DNA from: Gammaproteobacteria bacterium | Lineage (GTDB): Bacteria > Pseudomonadota > Gammaproteobacteria > QQUJ01 | Assembly: GCA_050287605.1 (NCBI GenBank) | Contig: JBNKCG010000081.1 | Coordinates: 18-64,017 of the forward strand | Length of the DNA stretch: 64,000 nt | Direction of reading: 5' to 3' | Notes under the pieces: generated by a model | What the model saw: the letters and a program-made list of their open reading frames with translations, nothing else | Databases searched by the model: none | Told to the model about the DNA's origin: nothing | Shown here: one piece after another, positions 1 to 9,115 of the stretch | Position numbering within the stretch: the first letter of the stretch is position 1 | Layout of the letters: the number at the start of each line of letters is the position of its first letter | Position numbers and translations under genes: made by a program

Positions 1-1
1 C

Positions 2-28
2 GGCGCAATGCCCTTCGGTTATTGCGCC
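2..28 (-). terminator. Stem-loop just downstream of the 29..916 CDS (ggcgcaat / attgcgcc stem, UUCG-type loop). The window edge prevents seeing any T-run.
   Basis: Perfect 8-bp inverted repeat seen directly in the sequence, sitting right after the stop codon of the minus-strand ORF. Confidence 0.3.
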
Positions 29-916
29 CTACTCCCACACTGTCGGTTGTGGATCGTATTCAATTGAGCGTAGCCGCCCGCGCCAATAGGTGAAATCCCC
101 TTCGGGGAGATTCCATTGTGCGGCACCTTGCAACGGGACGTGCATGTCGCCGCGATCGACGTAGTCCTTGTAGGTTACCGTCCAACGCGTGGGCACGTAG
201 CCGCCGTCCAGCTCACGGTAGCGGTTGTCGGCGACGACGCGTTCGACTTCGTTGCGGTCGTTGAAGTGGAAGACCACGGAAACCTGTATTCCGGATTCGT
301 CGAGGATGGCGCGCGCGGAGCAGTCGTCGATGGCTTCCCAGTGCAATCCTGGGCGCGGTAGTAATATCGTCGGGCACCACGCGGCGTCGGCGAGGTAACG
401 CATCAGCGCCGCCTGTACCAATTCCGGGCGGTCTTCATCCTCTACCAGGGGTAACGCCGACATGAATTTGACGCGCGTGGCGGCGCGGCCTTCGGCGTAG
501 TTGTCGACGAGACGCGCATCGACCATGGGCATCATTTCGAGTCGGGCGTCCCATACGAAGGCCGGCGGGCCGGCCTGCAGGTACTCGCGGGCGCTGAACC
601 ACTTCCAGGCCTTCTTTCCGCGCTTGAGCCGCATTTCGCCGTCTTGCGACAGACGCACGCGATGCGGTGCCGGGCGGCCCGGCGTGAGCGCCAAGCGCAG
701 GTAGCGCGCCACCGGTGGCGGTACTTCATCCAACCCGTCGAAGGAGATGCGTTGGGTCTCGGCGACCGGTGCAGCGATGATGTCGTGAATGAGACGCTTG
801 GTGCGCTTTTCCAGACGTGCCGAGCTGAACGCGACGTAGGCGGCGGAAAAGACGATGGCGTAAACCGTCAACGCCGGCGGCAGCATACGCAGGATGATGC
901 CGAGATCGCCGTCCAC
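29..916 (-). CDS. Hypothetical protein with an N-terminal transmembrane segment. Conserved-looking but no family recognised.
   Basis: 295-aa ORF with a hydrophobic N-terminus (LGIILRMLPPALTVYAIVFSAAYVAF). Codon usage is consistent with its neighbours. No recognisable catalytic motif. Confidence 0.45.
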   Translation of the reverse strand: MDGDLGIILRMLPPALTVYAIVFSAAYVAFSSARLEKRTKRLIHDIIAAPVAETQRISFDGLDEVPPPVARYLRLALTPGRPAPHRVRLSQDGEMRLKRGKKAWKWFSAREYLQAGPPAFVWDARLEMMPMVDARLVDNYAEGRAATRVKFMSALPLVEDEDRPELVQAALMRYLADAAWCPTILLPRPGLHWEAIDDCSARAILDESGIQVSVVFHFNDRNEVERVVADNRYRELDGGYVPTRWTVTYKDYVDRGDMHVPLQGAAQWNLPEGDFTYWRGRLRSIEYDPQPTVWE

Positions 917-919
917 GAA

Positions 920-1399
920 TCAACCCGTATCTCTGCACAACAGGAAATTCGCGGCGCGCAGGCTCATCACGGTGTCACCGTTTTGATTGCGCACTTCCAT
1001 CAACGAACGGACGATGCCGCGATCCGGTTTGGAGCTGGAACGCCGGGCCTCCTCAATGGTGACCCGCACCGAGAGTACGTCACCGGGGCGCACCGGTTTG
1101 ATCCAGCGGAGTTCTTCCAATCCCGGCGAGCCGAGGCTGGCCACTTTGGAGAGGTAGTGGTCGACGATCTGGCGCATCATCAGGCTGCCGGTGTGCCAGC
1201 CGCTGGCGATGAGCCCGCCGTACTCGCCGGCCGCGGCCGCTTCGGCGTCGACGTGGATGAACTGCGGGTCGTACTTCTGCGCAAACTCGACGATCTCGCG
1301 TTCGGTCACTTCCACGTTGCCGAATTCGTGGACGCTGCCCGCCACGTAGTCTTCGAAGTAACGTGCTTCGATGGGAGTGGCGAAACCCTCTTCGCTCAT
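920..1399 (-). CDS. MaoC-like (hot-dog fold) dehydratase family protein
   Basis: 159-aa protein with the typical MaoC/hot-dog pattern (…DPQFIHVDAEAAAAGEYGGLIASGWHT…). Tightly spaced with the downstream ORF. Confidence 0.65.
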   Translation of the reverse strand: MSEEGFATPIEARYFEDYVAGSVHEFGNVEVTEREIVEFAQKYDPQFIHVDAEAAAAGEYGGLIASGWHTGSLMMRQIVDHYLSKVASLGSPGLEELRWIKPVRPGDVLSVRVTIEEARRSSSKPDRGIVRSLMEVRNQNGDTVMSLRAANFLLCRDTG

Positions 1400-1403
1400 G
1401 CGA

Positions 1404-2003
1404 TCAGCTCCACTGTTGTTGGACGGTTGCGCGGTTCATGGCCAGCCACTGCAGCGCCATGATGGTGTAGGACGAATCCACCTGCCCTGTTTCAATCGCT
1501 TTGAGTGCCGTCTCCAGCGACATGACGTGGACCTTGATGTCTTCGCCTTCGTGGTCGAGGCCGTGGATGCCGCCGGCTTGCGAGGCGTCGGTGCTCGCCA
1601 GGTAGAGCGCGATGCGTTCCGAACTGCCGCCGGGCGCGGGGTAGAAGTCGTAGAGTTTGATCAACTCGCCCACCTGGCAACCGGCCTCCTCCACCGCTTC
1701 GCGTTGCACGACCTCCTCGAACGACTCGCCCGTCTCCACGATGCCGGCCACCGTCTCCAGCATCCAGGCGCCTTCCGCGCGGTCGAGTGCGCCGATGCGA
1801 AACTGTTCCACCAGTACCACGCGATCGAGCCGCGCATCGTAGAGCAGCGCCGCCACCGCGTGGTCGCGCTTGAAAAGCTCGCGCATCAACGGGGGACTCA
1901 TACCGCCGGCGAACAGTTCGTGGCGCAGTTGGTAGCGGTCGAGACGGAAGAAACCGTCGTAGCAGACCTGCTGGTCGAGGATTTCGATCTTCTTGTTCAC
2001 CAT
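1404..2003 (-). CDS. nudF: ADP-ribose pyrophosphatase (Nudix hydrolase, NudF-like)
   Basis: Nudix box (GIVETGESFEEVVQREAVEEAGCQV) and an N-terminus matching NudF (MVNKKIEILDQQ…). The start is placed at the ATG at 2003, which has a GGGAG RBS. The ORF track extends it further 5'. Confidence 0.7.
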   Translation of the reverse strand: MVNKKIEILDQQVCYDGFFRLDRYQLRHELFAGGMSPPLMRELFKRDHAVAALLYDARLDRVVLVEQFRIGALDRAEGAWMLETVAGIVETGESFEEVVQREAVEEAGCQVGELIKLYDFYPAPGGSSERIALYLASTDASQAGGIHGLDHEGEDIKVHVMSLETALKAIETGQVDSSYTIMALQWLAMNRATVQQQWS

Positions 2004-2050
2004 CGCTCCCGTATGCGCGGACGTCTCATTGTAGCAACTCGAACAGCGCC

Positions 2051-3229
2051 TCAAGCCGATCCGGTAGCGCCGCCCCAGCGCTGCACGACGGCGTGCACCG
2101 CCCACCCTGCGACCAGCCCGGCTGCCATGTTCAGCGCGACGCAGACACCTGCGGTAATCACCATCACGACGACGTCAACGCCCCGGCGGGGCCGGAACCG
2201 TCGCTGCAGAACGAGATCGATGCCGGCAACCAACAGCAACACGCCGACGGCGGCCAAGGGGATGACCTGCAACAGGGTCAGCGCGAAATCGCCGAAGAAC
2301 AGCCCCAGCACCAGGCAGCTCACTCCGAACAGTGCGGGCGCCAGCGCGCTGCGTGCACCAAAACGGTATTGCACGACCAGCCCGCCTGCCCCATGGCACA
2401 TCGGCAGAGCGCCCAAGGGAGTGAGCAGCAGATTGAGCAACCCGGTCGACCACGCAAACCGCTGCGGCGACAGGCGCGCCTTGTCCTGCGGAAAATAGGC
2501 CGTGGCGAGAGAGGCAGCGACCAGCACCGCGTTGGTGAGAGTCAGGGCCAACTGGGGCAGCAACGCCTGAACGGTTGCCGCCCGCCACGCGGGCTCGTTG
2601 GGCATCACGAGCTGCGGCAGGTGAAAACCGAGCGCCGGTACGGAAAGCGCCTCGGGCAGCCGCGCTATCCCCCACCCGACGCCCAACAGCAGTATCGCCA
2701 CACTGGCGAGGGGTCGGAGCGGGCTCAGCCAGACCCCCGCCAGCAGCAGCGCCGCAGCCATACCCACCACCGGTTCGCCCAATGCCAGCCGCCCACCGAT
2801 GAGCGCCAGATAGGCCCCGACACCGACAGTCACGCCGGCCAACACCCCCACCGGGACGCGACGCGCCAGCAGAGTCACCAAGCCGGTGGCGGCGAGCACG
2901 CAGAGCACCACGCCCATGAGGATACCGCTGGCAGCCACCGTTTCGGCGTTCATCCCGCCCGCAATGATGAGCGCGGCGATCACCTTCATGGGTTGCACGG
3001 GCACCGGGCGACGATAGATCAACGCCACCGCCAGGGCGAAGAGACCGAACCCGATCAGCACACCCGCGGGATTGAAGCGCTGCAGCGCCAATACCGCCAC
3101 CACCAACGGCAGAAACGTGCCGAGATCGGCGAACGCGCCCGAGAGATCACCGACCACCGGCCGCGGCCACGAACGCGACGTTTCGTCAGCGCTCCCGTCG
3201 GGCGATTGCGGTTGGGGATGGTCATTCAT
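2051..3229 (-). CDS. Polytopic membrane transporter, putative sulfate/molybdate transporter (MOT1-like, SulP superfamily)
   Basis: 392-aa protein with about 10 hydrophobic segments. The GDLSGAFADLGTFLPLV motif resembles the MOT1-family signature. Confidence 0.5.
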   Translation of the reverse strand: MNDHPQPQSPDGSADETSRSWPRPVVGDLSGAFADLGTFLPLVVAVLALQRFNPAGVLIGFGLFALAVALIYRRPVPVQPMKVIAALIIAGGMNAETVAASGILMGVVLCVLAATGLVTLLARRVPVGVLAGVTVGVGAYLALIGGRLALGEPVVGMAAALLLAGVWLSPLRPLASVAILLLGVGWGIARLPEALSVPALGFHLPQLVMPNEPAWRAATVQALLPQLALTLTNAVLVAASLATAYFPQDKARLSPQRFAWSTGLLNLLLTPLGALPMCHGAGGLVVQYRFGARSALAPALFGVSCLVLGLFFGDFALTLLQVIPLAAVGVLLLVAGIDLVLQRRFRPRRGVDVVVMVITAGVCVALNMAAGLVAGWAVHAVVQRWGGATGSA

Positions 3230-3341
3230 GGTGCTGGGGCCTGTTCACTCGACTCGGACAGGCCCTAGGGTAACGGTAAAGAGCACGGCAGGAAAAAAGT
3301 CACGGGGAGCGCCACCCGCTACGGTGCGGATGTCCGGCACG

Positions 3342-3376
3342 AAAAAAGGGCCGGCGGGTCGCACCCGCCGGCCCCC
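3342..3376 (-). terminator. Rho-independent terminator downstream of the EF-hand gene
   Basis: On the minus strand: GGGCCGGCGGGTGCGACCCGCCGGCCC hairpin followed by TTTTTT. Confidence 0.6.
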
Positions 3377-3410
3377 TGCGTCGCTATCTAGAACGACTTC
3401 GGACGAGCCG

Positions 3411-3833
3411 CTACTTGCCGGGGCCCATACCGCCGCCGCCCTGTCCCATGCCGGAACCCGGCCCGTATCCCGGACCGCTCTTCTGGCGATCCTGCCAGCG
3501 CTGCTCGCGCCGCTCCTGCCAGCGTTCCATCTGCTGCATCCGCAGCTCTTCGCGGGAGATCTGGCCGTCACCGTTGGCATCGACGTCTTCGAACGCCATC
3601 GCTCCCTGCTCTTTCAGGCCGCGCATCGGATAGCCGTCGCGAACCCGCTGTTCGATGCGTGCGTTGCGCGTTTCGGTGAACTCTTCCCGGCTGATGACAC
3701 CGTCGCCGTTCTGATCGTATACCTCAAACGCGATCGGTCCGCGATCCGCCACGCTGCTGTCCGCGGCCTGCGCGGCCCACCATGGAGTGGTCATCGCCAA
3801 TGCGGCTGTGAGGTAGATAATGGGGGCTTTCAT
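3411..3833 (-). CDS. Secreted EF-hand calcium-binding protein
   Basis: Signal peptide (MKAPIIYLTAALAMTTPWWAAQA). Two canonical EF-hand loops (DQNGDGVISREE and DANGDGQISREE). Gly-rich tail. AGGAGA RBS 5 nt before the ATG at 3833. Confidence 0.75.
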   Translation of the reverse strand: MKAPIIYLTAALAMTTPWWAAQAADSSVADRGPIAFEVYDQNGDGVISREEFTETRNARIEQRVRDGYPMRGLKEQGAMAFEDVDANGDGQISREELRMQQMERWQERREQRWQDRQKSGPGYGPGSGMGQGGGGMGPGK

Positions 3834-3989
3834 CGTCGTATCTCCTGTGTATCGGCTCTCTGGGTTATTGCCTTTGGGGGTCCTCCCCTTGTACGTATCG
3901 TTGTACTCGCCCGCCTGTAGATTCTCAGTGATCAAGTCACTCTGTCCCTCTTACTCTGTTAAACGCATGAGGCCTGTTTTGGTTGACCG

Positions 3990-5321
3990 CTAGCGCCGCG
4001 CATGAAAACAGACGCTCACCTGCAATCCGCCCAGTTCGGGTGCGGATCGGAATTCGAGACGGGCGGAATAGAGTTCCGCAATCTCCTGGACGATGGCCAG
4101 GCCCAGACCATGCCCGCTTACGCTTTCGTCCAGACGGGTGCCGCGGCGCAGCAGGGTATCGATCTGTTGCGGCGAGCAACCCGGTCCGTCGTCCTCTACG
4201 CAGATGCATCCGGCCTGCGGTTGGTCGACCGTGAGTCTCACCCGCCGCCTTGCCCATTTACAGGCGTTGTCCAACAGGTTGCCGATCAACTCCAGGGCAT
4301 CGTCGCGATCGAGCGGCAGCACCACCTCCCGCGGGCAGTGCAGCGTGATCTCCAGTTCGCGCCCGCCGTGAACGCGGCGTAGCACCTCCACCAGCTCCGG
4401 CAGGTCCTCTGCGGGACGAAACGCCTGGGCCGTGCCGGTGCGCCCCGCCAGCCGCGCGCGCCGCAGCTCACTGTCGACGGCGTGGCGAATCTGATCGATG
4501 CGGGTATTGAGTTCGGTGGCAATCTGCGGGTGATCCGCCAGCTCAGCGCTGCTTGCCAGCTGACTCAGCAACGTCAGGGGCGACTTGACGGCGTGGGCGA
4601 GATTACCGGCGGCGTTGCGCGAGCGCTGCAAGCGCCGGTCGAGCAGGGTCAACAGGTGATTGACCTCCGTTACCAGGGGTTTGACCTCGTCCGGCACCCC
4701 CTCGCCCAACTGGCTGATTTCTCCGGTGCCCAGGCGCTCGACGTCGGCGGCGGTCTGCTGCAGCGTATCGAAACCACGCCGTAGAATCATGCGCTGCAGC
4801 GCCACCACGCCCAGCAGCACCACCAAGCCGATACCACCCAGCAGCCAGCGCACGCGGTTGAGATGGGTATGCAGTGCGCTGAGGTCCTCGGCCACCGCAA
4901 TGGTGACGTCCCGCCCCTGCTTGCGGTACCCCCCTGCCCAGGCGAGCAGCGGTTGCCGTTCCGGACCGCTGGCGTGCCAGCGCTGCGTCGTACCCGGCGG
5001 CAGCGACGGTACGGCGAGCGGCGCATCCCACAGCGAGCGCGAGCGCAGGGTGGCGCCGCCCTCGGCAACGGCGACCACGTAGTAGTGACCGGTATAGGGG
5101 CGTTCGTAGATCGCGCCCACGCGGCGTGTATCCACCGTGACCGCGCCCTGCGCATCGACTTGCAGGGCGGACAATACGCTGTCTGCGTCGTGGCGCAGGC
5201 GCGATGCCACCAGATCCTCGCCCACGTGGCGCACCGTCTCGCCGGCCGCGATGACCAGCAGCCCCATCACCAAAGTCATCGCCAGGGCGAGACCGGCCTG
5301 CAGGCGCTTGCGCAGCGACAT
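3990..5321 (-). CDS. Two-component sensor histidine kinase (two TM segments, periplasmic sensor domain, HAMP, HisKA, HATPase)
   Basis: H-box LAHAVKSPLTLL. N, G1 and G2 boxes (LIGNLLDNACKW, VEDDGPGC, GHGLGLAIV). The start MSLRKRL at 5321 overlaps the response-regulator stop in an ATGA junction. Confidence 0.85.
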   Translation of the reverse strand: MSLRKRLQAGLALAMTLVMGLLVIAAGETVRHVGEDLVASRLRHDADSVLSALQVDAQGAVTVDTRRVGAIYERPYTGHYYVVAVAEGGATLRSRSLWDAPLAVPSLPPGTTQRWHASGPERQPLLAWAGGYRKQGRDVTIAVAEDLSALHTHLNRVRWLLGGIGLVVLLGVVALQRMILRRGFDTLQQTAADVERLGTGEISQLGEGVPDEVKPLVTEVNHLLTLLDRRLQRSRNAAGNLAHAVKSPLTLLSQLASSAELADHPQIATELNTRIDQIRHAVDSELRRARLAGRTGTAQAFRPAEDLPELVEVLRRVHGGRELEITLHCPREVVLPLDRDDALELIGNLLDNACKWARRRVRLTVDQPQAGCICVEDDGPGCSPQQIDTLLRRGTRLDESVSGHGLGLAIVQEIAELYSARLEFRSAPELGGLQVSVCFHARR

Positions 5322-6001
5322 CAGCCGTCCTGCACACCCGCCTTGCCGCGAAACAGGTACCCCTGTCCGCGGCGGGTCTCGATGATCTCGTCGCCGAACT
5401 TCTGGCGCAGGCGTTTGATATAGACCTCGACCACGTTGCTGTCGGGTTCGGTATCGCCCTCGTAGACGTGTTCGGTGAGGCGGCTCTTGGAGAGCACCCG
5501 ATCGGGATGGAGCATGAAATAGCGCAACAGGCGAAACTCGAAACCGGTCAGCGTTTCGGAAGCGCCGCCCACGACTGCCGCCTGCTGGCGCTCCTCGTCG
5601 AGGCGGATGCCACCGACTTGCAGGCACGGATCGGCGCGACCGTGGCGGCGGCGCATCACCGCCTGGAGACGGGCCAGCAGCTCCTCGTTGTGAAACGGCT
5701 TGCCCAGGTAGTCGTCGGCCCCTGCCTTGAGACCGTCGACGCGTTCGTGCCAGGCGTCCCGGGCGGTCAGAACCACCACCGGCAGGTCGTTGCCCTGGTC
5801 GCGCCAGCGGCGCAATACCTCCAGGCCGGGGCGGTCCGGCAGCCCCAGATCGAGAATCGCCGCGTCGAACGGCTCCTCTTCGCCGAGAAACTGGGCATCG
5901 ATACCGTTGTCGGCCACGTCTACCGCGTAGCCGGCCTGTTCCAACGCCGGTTTTAGCCGGCGAACCAGCAGCTCATCGTCTTCCACCAGCAGCAGTCGCA
6001 T
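5321..6001 (-). CDS. OmpR-family response regulator (receiver domain plus winged-helix DNA-binding domain)
   Basis: MRLLLVEDDELL…DLGLPDRPG…VVVLTARD receiver domain. C-terminal winged helix (EFRLLRYFMLHP…VYIKRLRQKF). Confidence 0.85.
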   Translation of the reverse strand: MRLLLVEDDELLVRRLKPALEQAGYAVDVADNGIDAQFLGEEEPFDAAILDLGLPDRPGLEVLRRWRDQGNDLPVVVLTARDAWHERVDGLKAGADDYLGKPFHNEELLARLQAVMRRRHGRADPCLQVGGIRLDEERQQAAVVGGASETLTGFEFRLLRYFMLHPDRVLSKSRLTEHVYEGDTEPDSNVVEVYIKRLRQKFGDEIIETRRGQGYLFRGKAGVQDG

Positions 6002-6005
6002 CGAT

Positions 6006-6302
6006 TCAGTCGTCTTTCTCGGCATCCAGCAGCTGGCCGCTCACGGCGTCGTATTTCAACTCCCACACCAGGCCCGCGTCGTCGACGATCTCGAGGTGGT
6101 AGTAGTAACCATCGCCCTTGCGTTTCAGTTCCGCTTCCAGCAAGCGTCCCGAGTACCGGCTGCGCGCGGCATCCAGGATTTGCGCCAGCGGTACCACACG
6201 CCCCTCCTCGACCCAGCGCCGCACCTGCTCGTGATCATCATCGGCGCAGGCACCGCCAATGGTACCGATGAGCAGAATCGCAACAAGCAGAACGCGTGAC
6301 AA
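6006..6302 (-). CDS. PepSY-domain periplasmic protein
   Basis: 98 aa with a signal peptide. The GDGYYYHLEIVDDAGLVWELKYDAVSGQLL segment is typical of a PepSY fold. Sits immediately upstream of the two-component genes. Confidence 0.65.
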   Translation of the reverse strand: MSRVLLVAILLIGTIGGACADDDHEQVRRWVEEGRVVPLAQILDAARSRYSGRLLEAELKRKGDGYYYHLEIVDDAGLVWELKYDAVSGQLLDAEKDD

Positions 6303-6306
6303 CTCG

Positions 6307-6873
6307 CTAATCCTCCCAGCGCCCCAATCCGGGGATGTGCACGGTGTGCTCGTTGAATACCCCGCGCTCGGCTTCAGTATGGCAGCTGTCGCATTGGGAA
6401 AAACGTAGCGTGCGATCGCCCTGCTGCATCACCCAGCGGGGGATCTCGTCGTGCTTGCGCTGGAAATAGCGCGTCTCGGTGATGCGCAACACGGACGCGT
6501 CCCGTGGCACAGAGTCGGCAAAGCGGCGCGAACGCCGGTAGTCCGAGCGGTCTGCCGCCCGCTTGTCGAGATAGTCGACAATCTCCGCCGCCGTGGTCGC
6601 ATCGAGTTCGGCGTTCTCGCCGAAATGACGATCCAGCCGGTTCATGACCGCCTGCCACGAACGCGCCGGCAGCAAACCCGGCGGGTAGGCAAGATGGCAA
6701 CTGCCGCACTCGTCGCGGTAGAGCGCGTTGTCCACCGGCGCCACGTCCACGCGCGCCTCGTGCCACACACGCGACCACCAGCCGCCGTGACGATCGTCGT
6801 CATCACCCAGCGCAATGGCGCTGGCCGCCATCAGGCAGCCGGCGCCCAGCACGCCCCACACGCTATTTCTCAT
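6307..6873 (-). CDS. Di-heme cytochrome c (DUF1924-like)
   Basis: Two CxxCH motifs (CGSCH and CDSCH). Signal peptide. Overlaps the 3' end of the cytochrome b561 gene. Confidence 0.7.
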   Translation of the reverse strand: MRNSVWGVLGAGCLMAASAIALGDDDDRHGGWWSRVWHEARVDVAPVDNALYRDECGSCHLAYPPGLLPARSWQAVMNRLDRHFGENAELDATTAAEIVDYLDKRAADRSDYRRSRRFADSVPRDASVLRITETRYFQRKHDEIPRWVMQQGDRTLRFSQCDSCHTEAERGVFNEHTVHIPGLGRWED

Positions 6874-6907
6874 TGGAGCCTCCCTGCGTCGAGTGGCCGC
6901 GACCAAC

Positions 6908-7477
6908 CTATTCCGTAGCCCGTTTGCGCCCATTGATCATGGCGCGTACCAGGTTTTCGCCGTGCTGGAGACTCGCCACCGCTACGCCGATGACGTGCAG
7001 CACCACCAGCGTCAGCGTGAAATTGGCGAACAGTTCGTGAATCTCCTTGACCAGATGGGCACCCGACTTGCCCACGCCGGCCATCAACCCCGCCAGCGGG
7101 CCGGCAAGCTCTTCGCCGCCGTAAGCGGCGAGACCCGTGAACACCGTGCACACCAGGTTGATCAGCAGCAGCACCACCATCGCCCCACCGGCGGGATTGT
7201 GGCCGATGTAGCGGCGCGGCTGAAAGGCGAGAATGTCTTTCAGATAGTCCACCACCACGCGCGGATGGCGGACGAAGTCGGCAAAACGCGCATAGCGCGT
7301 CCCCACCAGGCCCCATACCAGCCGGAACAGCACCAGGCCACCAATGAAATAGCCGCTCACCACGTGCAGCGACTGCACCTCTTCGGCGCTCAGGAAACTG
7401 ACGGTGAACGCCAACACCAACGACCAATGGAAGACCCTGACCAGCGGGTCCCACACCTTGATGACATCTACTGACAT
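6908..7477 (-). CDS. Cytochrome b561 family protein (CybB-like membrane di-heme b)
   Basis: 189 aa with four TM helices and conserved His residues in VFHWSLV and HVIGV. The start MSVDVIKVWD is at 7477. The long ORF-track extension (453 aa) lies in the same reading frame but is not supported as coding. Confidence 0.8.
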   Translation of the reverse strand: MSVDVIKVWDPLVRVFHWSLVLAFTVSFLSAEEVQSLHVVSGYFIGGLVLFRLVWGLVGTRYARFADFVRHPRVVVDYLKDILAFQPRRYIGHNPAGGAMVVLLLINLVCTVFTGLAAYGGEELAGPLAGLMAGVGKSGAHLVKEIHELFANFTLTLVVLHVIGVAVASLQHGENLVRAMINGRKRATE

Positions 7478-7615
7478 GGAGAAATCCTCAGCTATGGAAT
7501 AACGGCGAGCGTAACGATAGCGGGGACAACTTAAACCAAGCTGAAAGTATCGGCGGCATGGGATTTTGAGATGGGTTCTTGTATGCTGGCGCGCCGACCG
7601 TAGCGGCCTTGGACG

Positions 7616-8284
7616 ATGGGGTGCGCGATGCCAACCAGCGACGAACAGCGACTCGAACTGATAGCGACCATGCGCGCCCTCAACGCCCAGGGCATCAACC
7701 AGGGCAAGTCGGGCAACGGCAGCGTCCGCACCGAAAAGGGCTTCCTGATCACACCGTCGGCGGTGTCCTACGACACCCTGACCCCCGACGATATCGTGGC
7801 CATGAATTTCGACGGAACCTGGACCTGTTCCGCCGGCCGCCGCCCGTCCAGCGAATGGCGTTTTCACCGCGACATCCTGCAGGCCCGTCCCGAGTTCAAC
7901 GCGCTGCTGCACACCCATGGCCGGGCGGTGAGCACGCTGGCCTGTCTGCAGCGTTCGATCCCAGCGTTTCACTACATGGTGGCCATCGCCGGCGGCACCG
8001 ACATCCGCTGCGCCGGCTACGCCACCTTCGGCACCCAGGCCCTCTCGGATCTCGCGCAGGAGGCCCTCGCCGGACGCAAGGCCTGCCTGCTGGCCCATCA
8101 CGGCCTCATCGTGGGCGGTGCCAGCCTCAGCGAGGCCTTTGCCATCGCCGTGGAGGTGGAGCATCTGGCCGAGGTGTACTGGCGCATCCTGCAGATCGGC
8201 GAACCCGAGATTCTGGACGACGAAGAGATGCAGCGCGTACTGGCGCTGTTTCGCGCCGGGTACCAGCACACGGACAAGGGTTGA
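7616..8284 (+). CDS. Class II aldolase/adducin-family protein. Either methylthioribulose-1-phosphate dehydratase (MtnB) or an Ald2-like aldolase.
   Basis: Metal-binding His cluster (LLHTHGRAVSTLA … HHGLIVGG) typical of fuculose-phosphate-aldolase-like enzymes. Confidence 0.7.
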   Translation: MGCAMPTSDEQRLELIATMRALNAQGINQGKSGNGSVRTEKGFLITPSAVSYDTLTPDDIVAMNFDGTWTCSAGRRPSSEWRFHRDILQARPEFNALLHTHGRAVSTLACLQRSIPAFHYMVAIAGGTDIRCAGYATFGTQALSDLAQEALAGRKACLLAHHGLIVGGASLSEAFAIAVEVEHLAEVYWRILQIGEPEILDDEEMQRVLALFRAGYQHTDKG

Positions 8285-8299
8285 ATCTGCGAGTGCGGA

Positions 8300-9115
8300 T
8301 CAGGGATTGAGCCGCCGCTGCACCCTTTGCACGGCGTCGGCGTTCTGCAACTGGCGGTACAGCGCCAGCGCCTGGGTGAGCGAGAGATGTGCCTCGTCGG
8401 CGCGACCCTGCCGCCGCAGCGCCTCGCCCAGCAGCTCCAGATCGTTGGCGATTCCCGGTACGTAACCCGCACTGCGATCCAGCTCCAGGGCGCGGCGCGC
8501 CGCCCGTTCGGCCTCCTCCGCCCGGTCCCGCTTAAGCGCCAAGGTGGCACGGTTGAGCGCCGTCGCCGGACGCTCACCCAGGCTCGCCGCCTGGGTGAGA
8601 TAGTCCTCGGCGGCCTCCAGACGTTCCTCCTGCATGGCGCACAGCGCCAACCCGTTGAGTGCCATGATGCGCCCTCTGTTGTCTCCGGTCGCGGCGGGGT
8701 GGCTGAGCAGGGTTGCGTAGAGTTGCGACGCTTGCGCGCAATCGCCCGCCCGGTAACGCACCTGCGCCAACCCGTTGAGCGCCTGCAGCTCCAGGTCGCT
8801 GCGTCCCGTAACCTGGGCCAGGCTGTGCGCCCGCCGATAGGCCTGGGCGGCATCGTCGCCGAGTCCCGACTCATCCGCCACCGCGCCCAGATTGAGCAGA
8901 TCGACCATCAGGGCGTTGCGGTCGTCGGCCAGTTCGGCAAACCGCACCGCCTGGCGAAAATTGGCCACGGCATCGGCCAATTCACCACTAGCGTAGCGAT
9001 CGAGCGCGCGCTGTTCGTAGACGTGGCGCTCCTCCACCAGCGTCGGCAGCGTGGGCGCGGATGCGCAGCCGCCAACCAGCACCGCGCAGAGCGATAGCGC
9101 CCACCGGCGCATCAA
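8300..9115 (-). CDS. TPR-repeat lipoprotein
   Basis: Signal peptide with a lipobox (LVGGC). Multiple TPR-like repeats. Its start overlaps the stop of the upstream MCE gene. Confidence 0.7.
   Translation of the reverse strand: MMRRWALSLCAVLVGGCASAPTLPTLVEERHVYEQRALDRYASGELADAVANFRQAVRFAELADDRNALMVDLLNLGAVADESGLGDDAAQAYRRAHSLAQVTGRSDLELQALNGLAQVRYRAGDCAQASQLYATLLSHPAATGDNRGRIMALNGLALCAMQEERLEAAEDYLTQAASLGERPATALNRATLALKRDRAEEAERAARRALELDRSAGYVPGIANDLELLGEALRRQGRADEAHLSLTQALALYRQLQNADAVQRVQRRLNP

Noticed and set aside
1-130. Two UUCG-type tetraloop hairpins at the window start, as a possible structured ncRNA
   Set aside because: The second hairpin lies inside the coding region of the 29..916 ORF. 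The first is best explained as that gene's terminator stem. There is too little sequence before the window edge to argue for an RNA gene.
6908-8269. 453-aa extension of the cytochrome b561 ORF
   Set aside because: Only the C-terminal 189 aa look like cytochrome b561. The upstream part overlaps the divergent aldolase gene and has junk composition.
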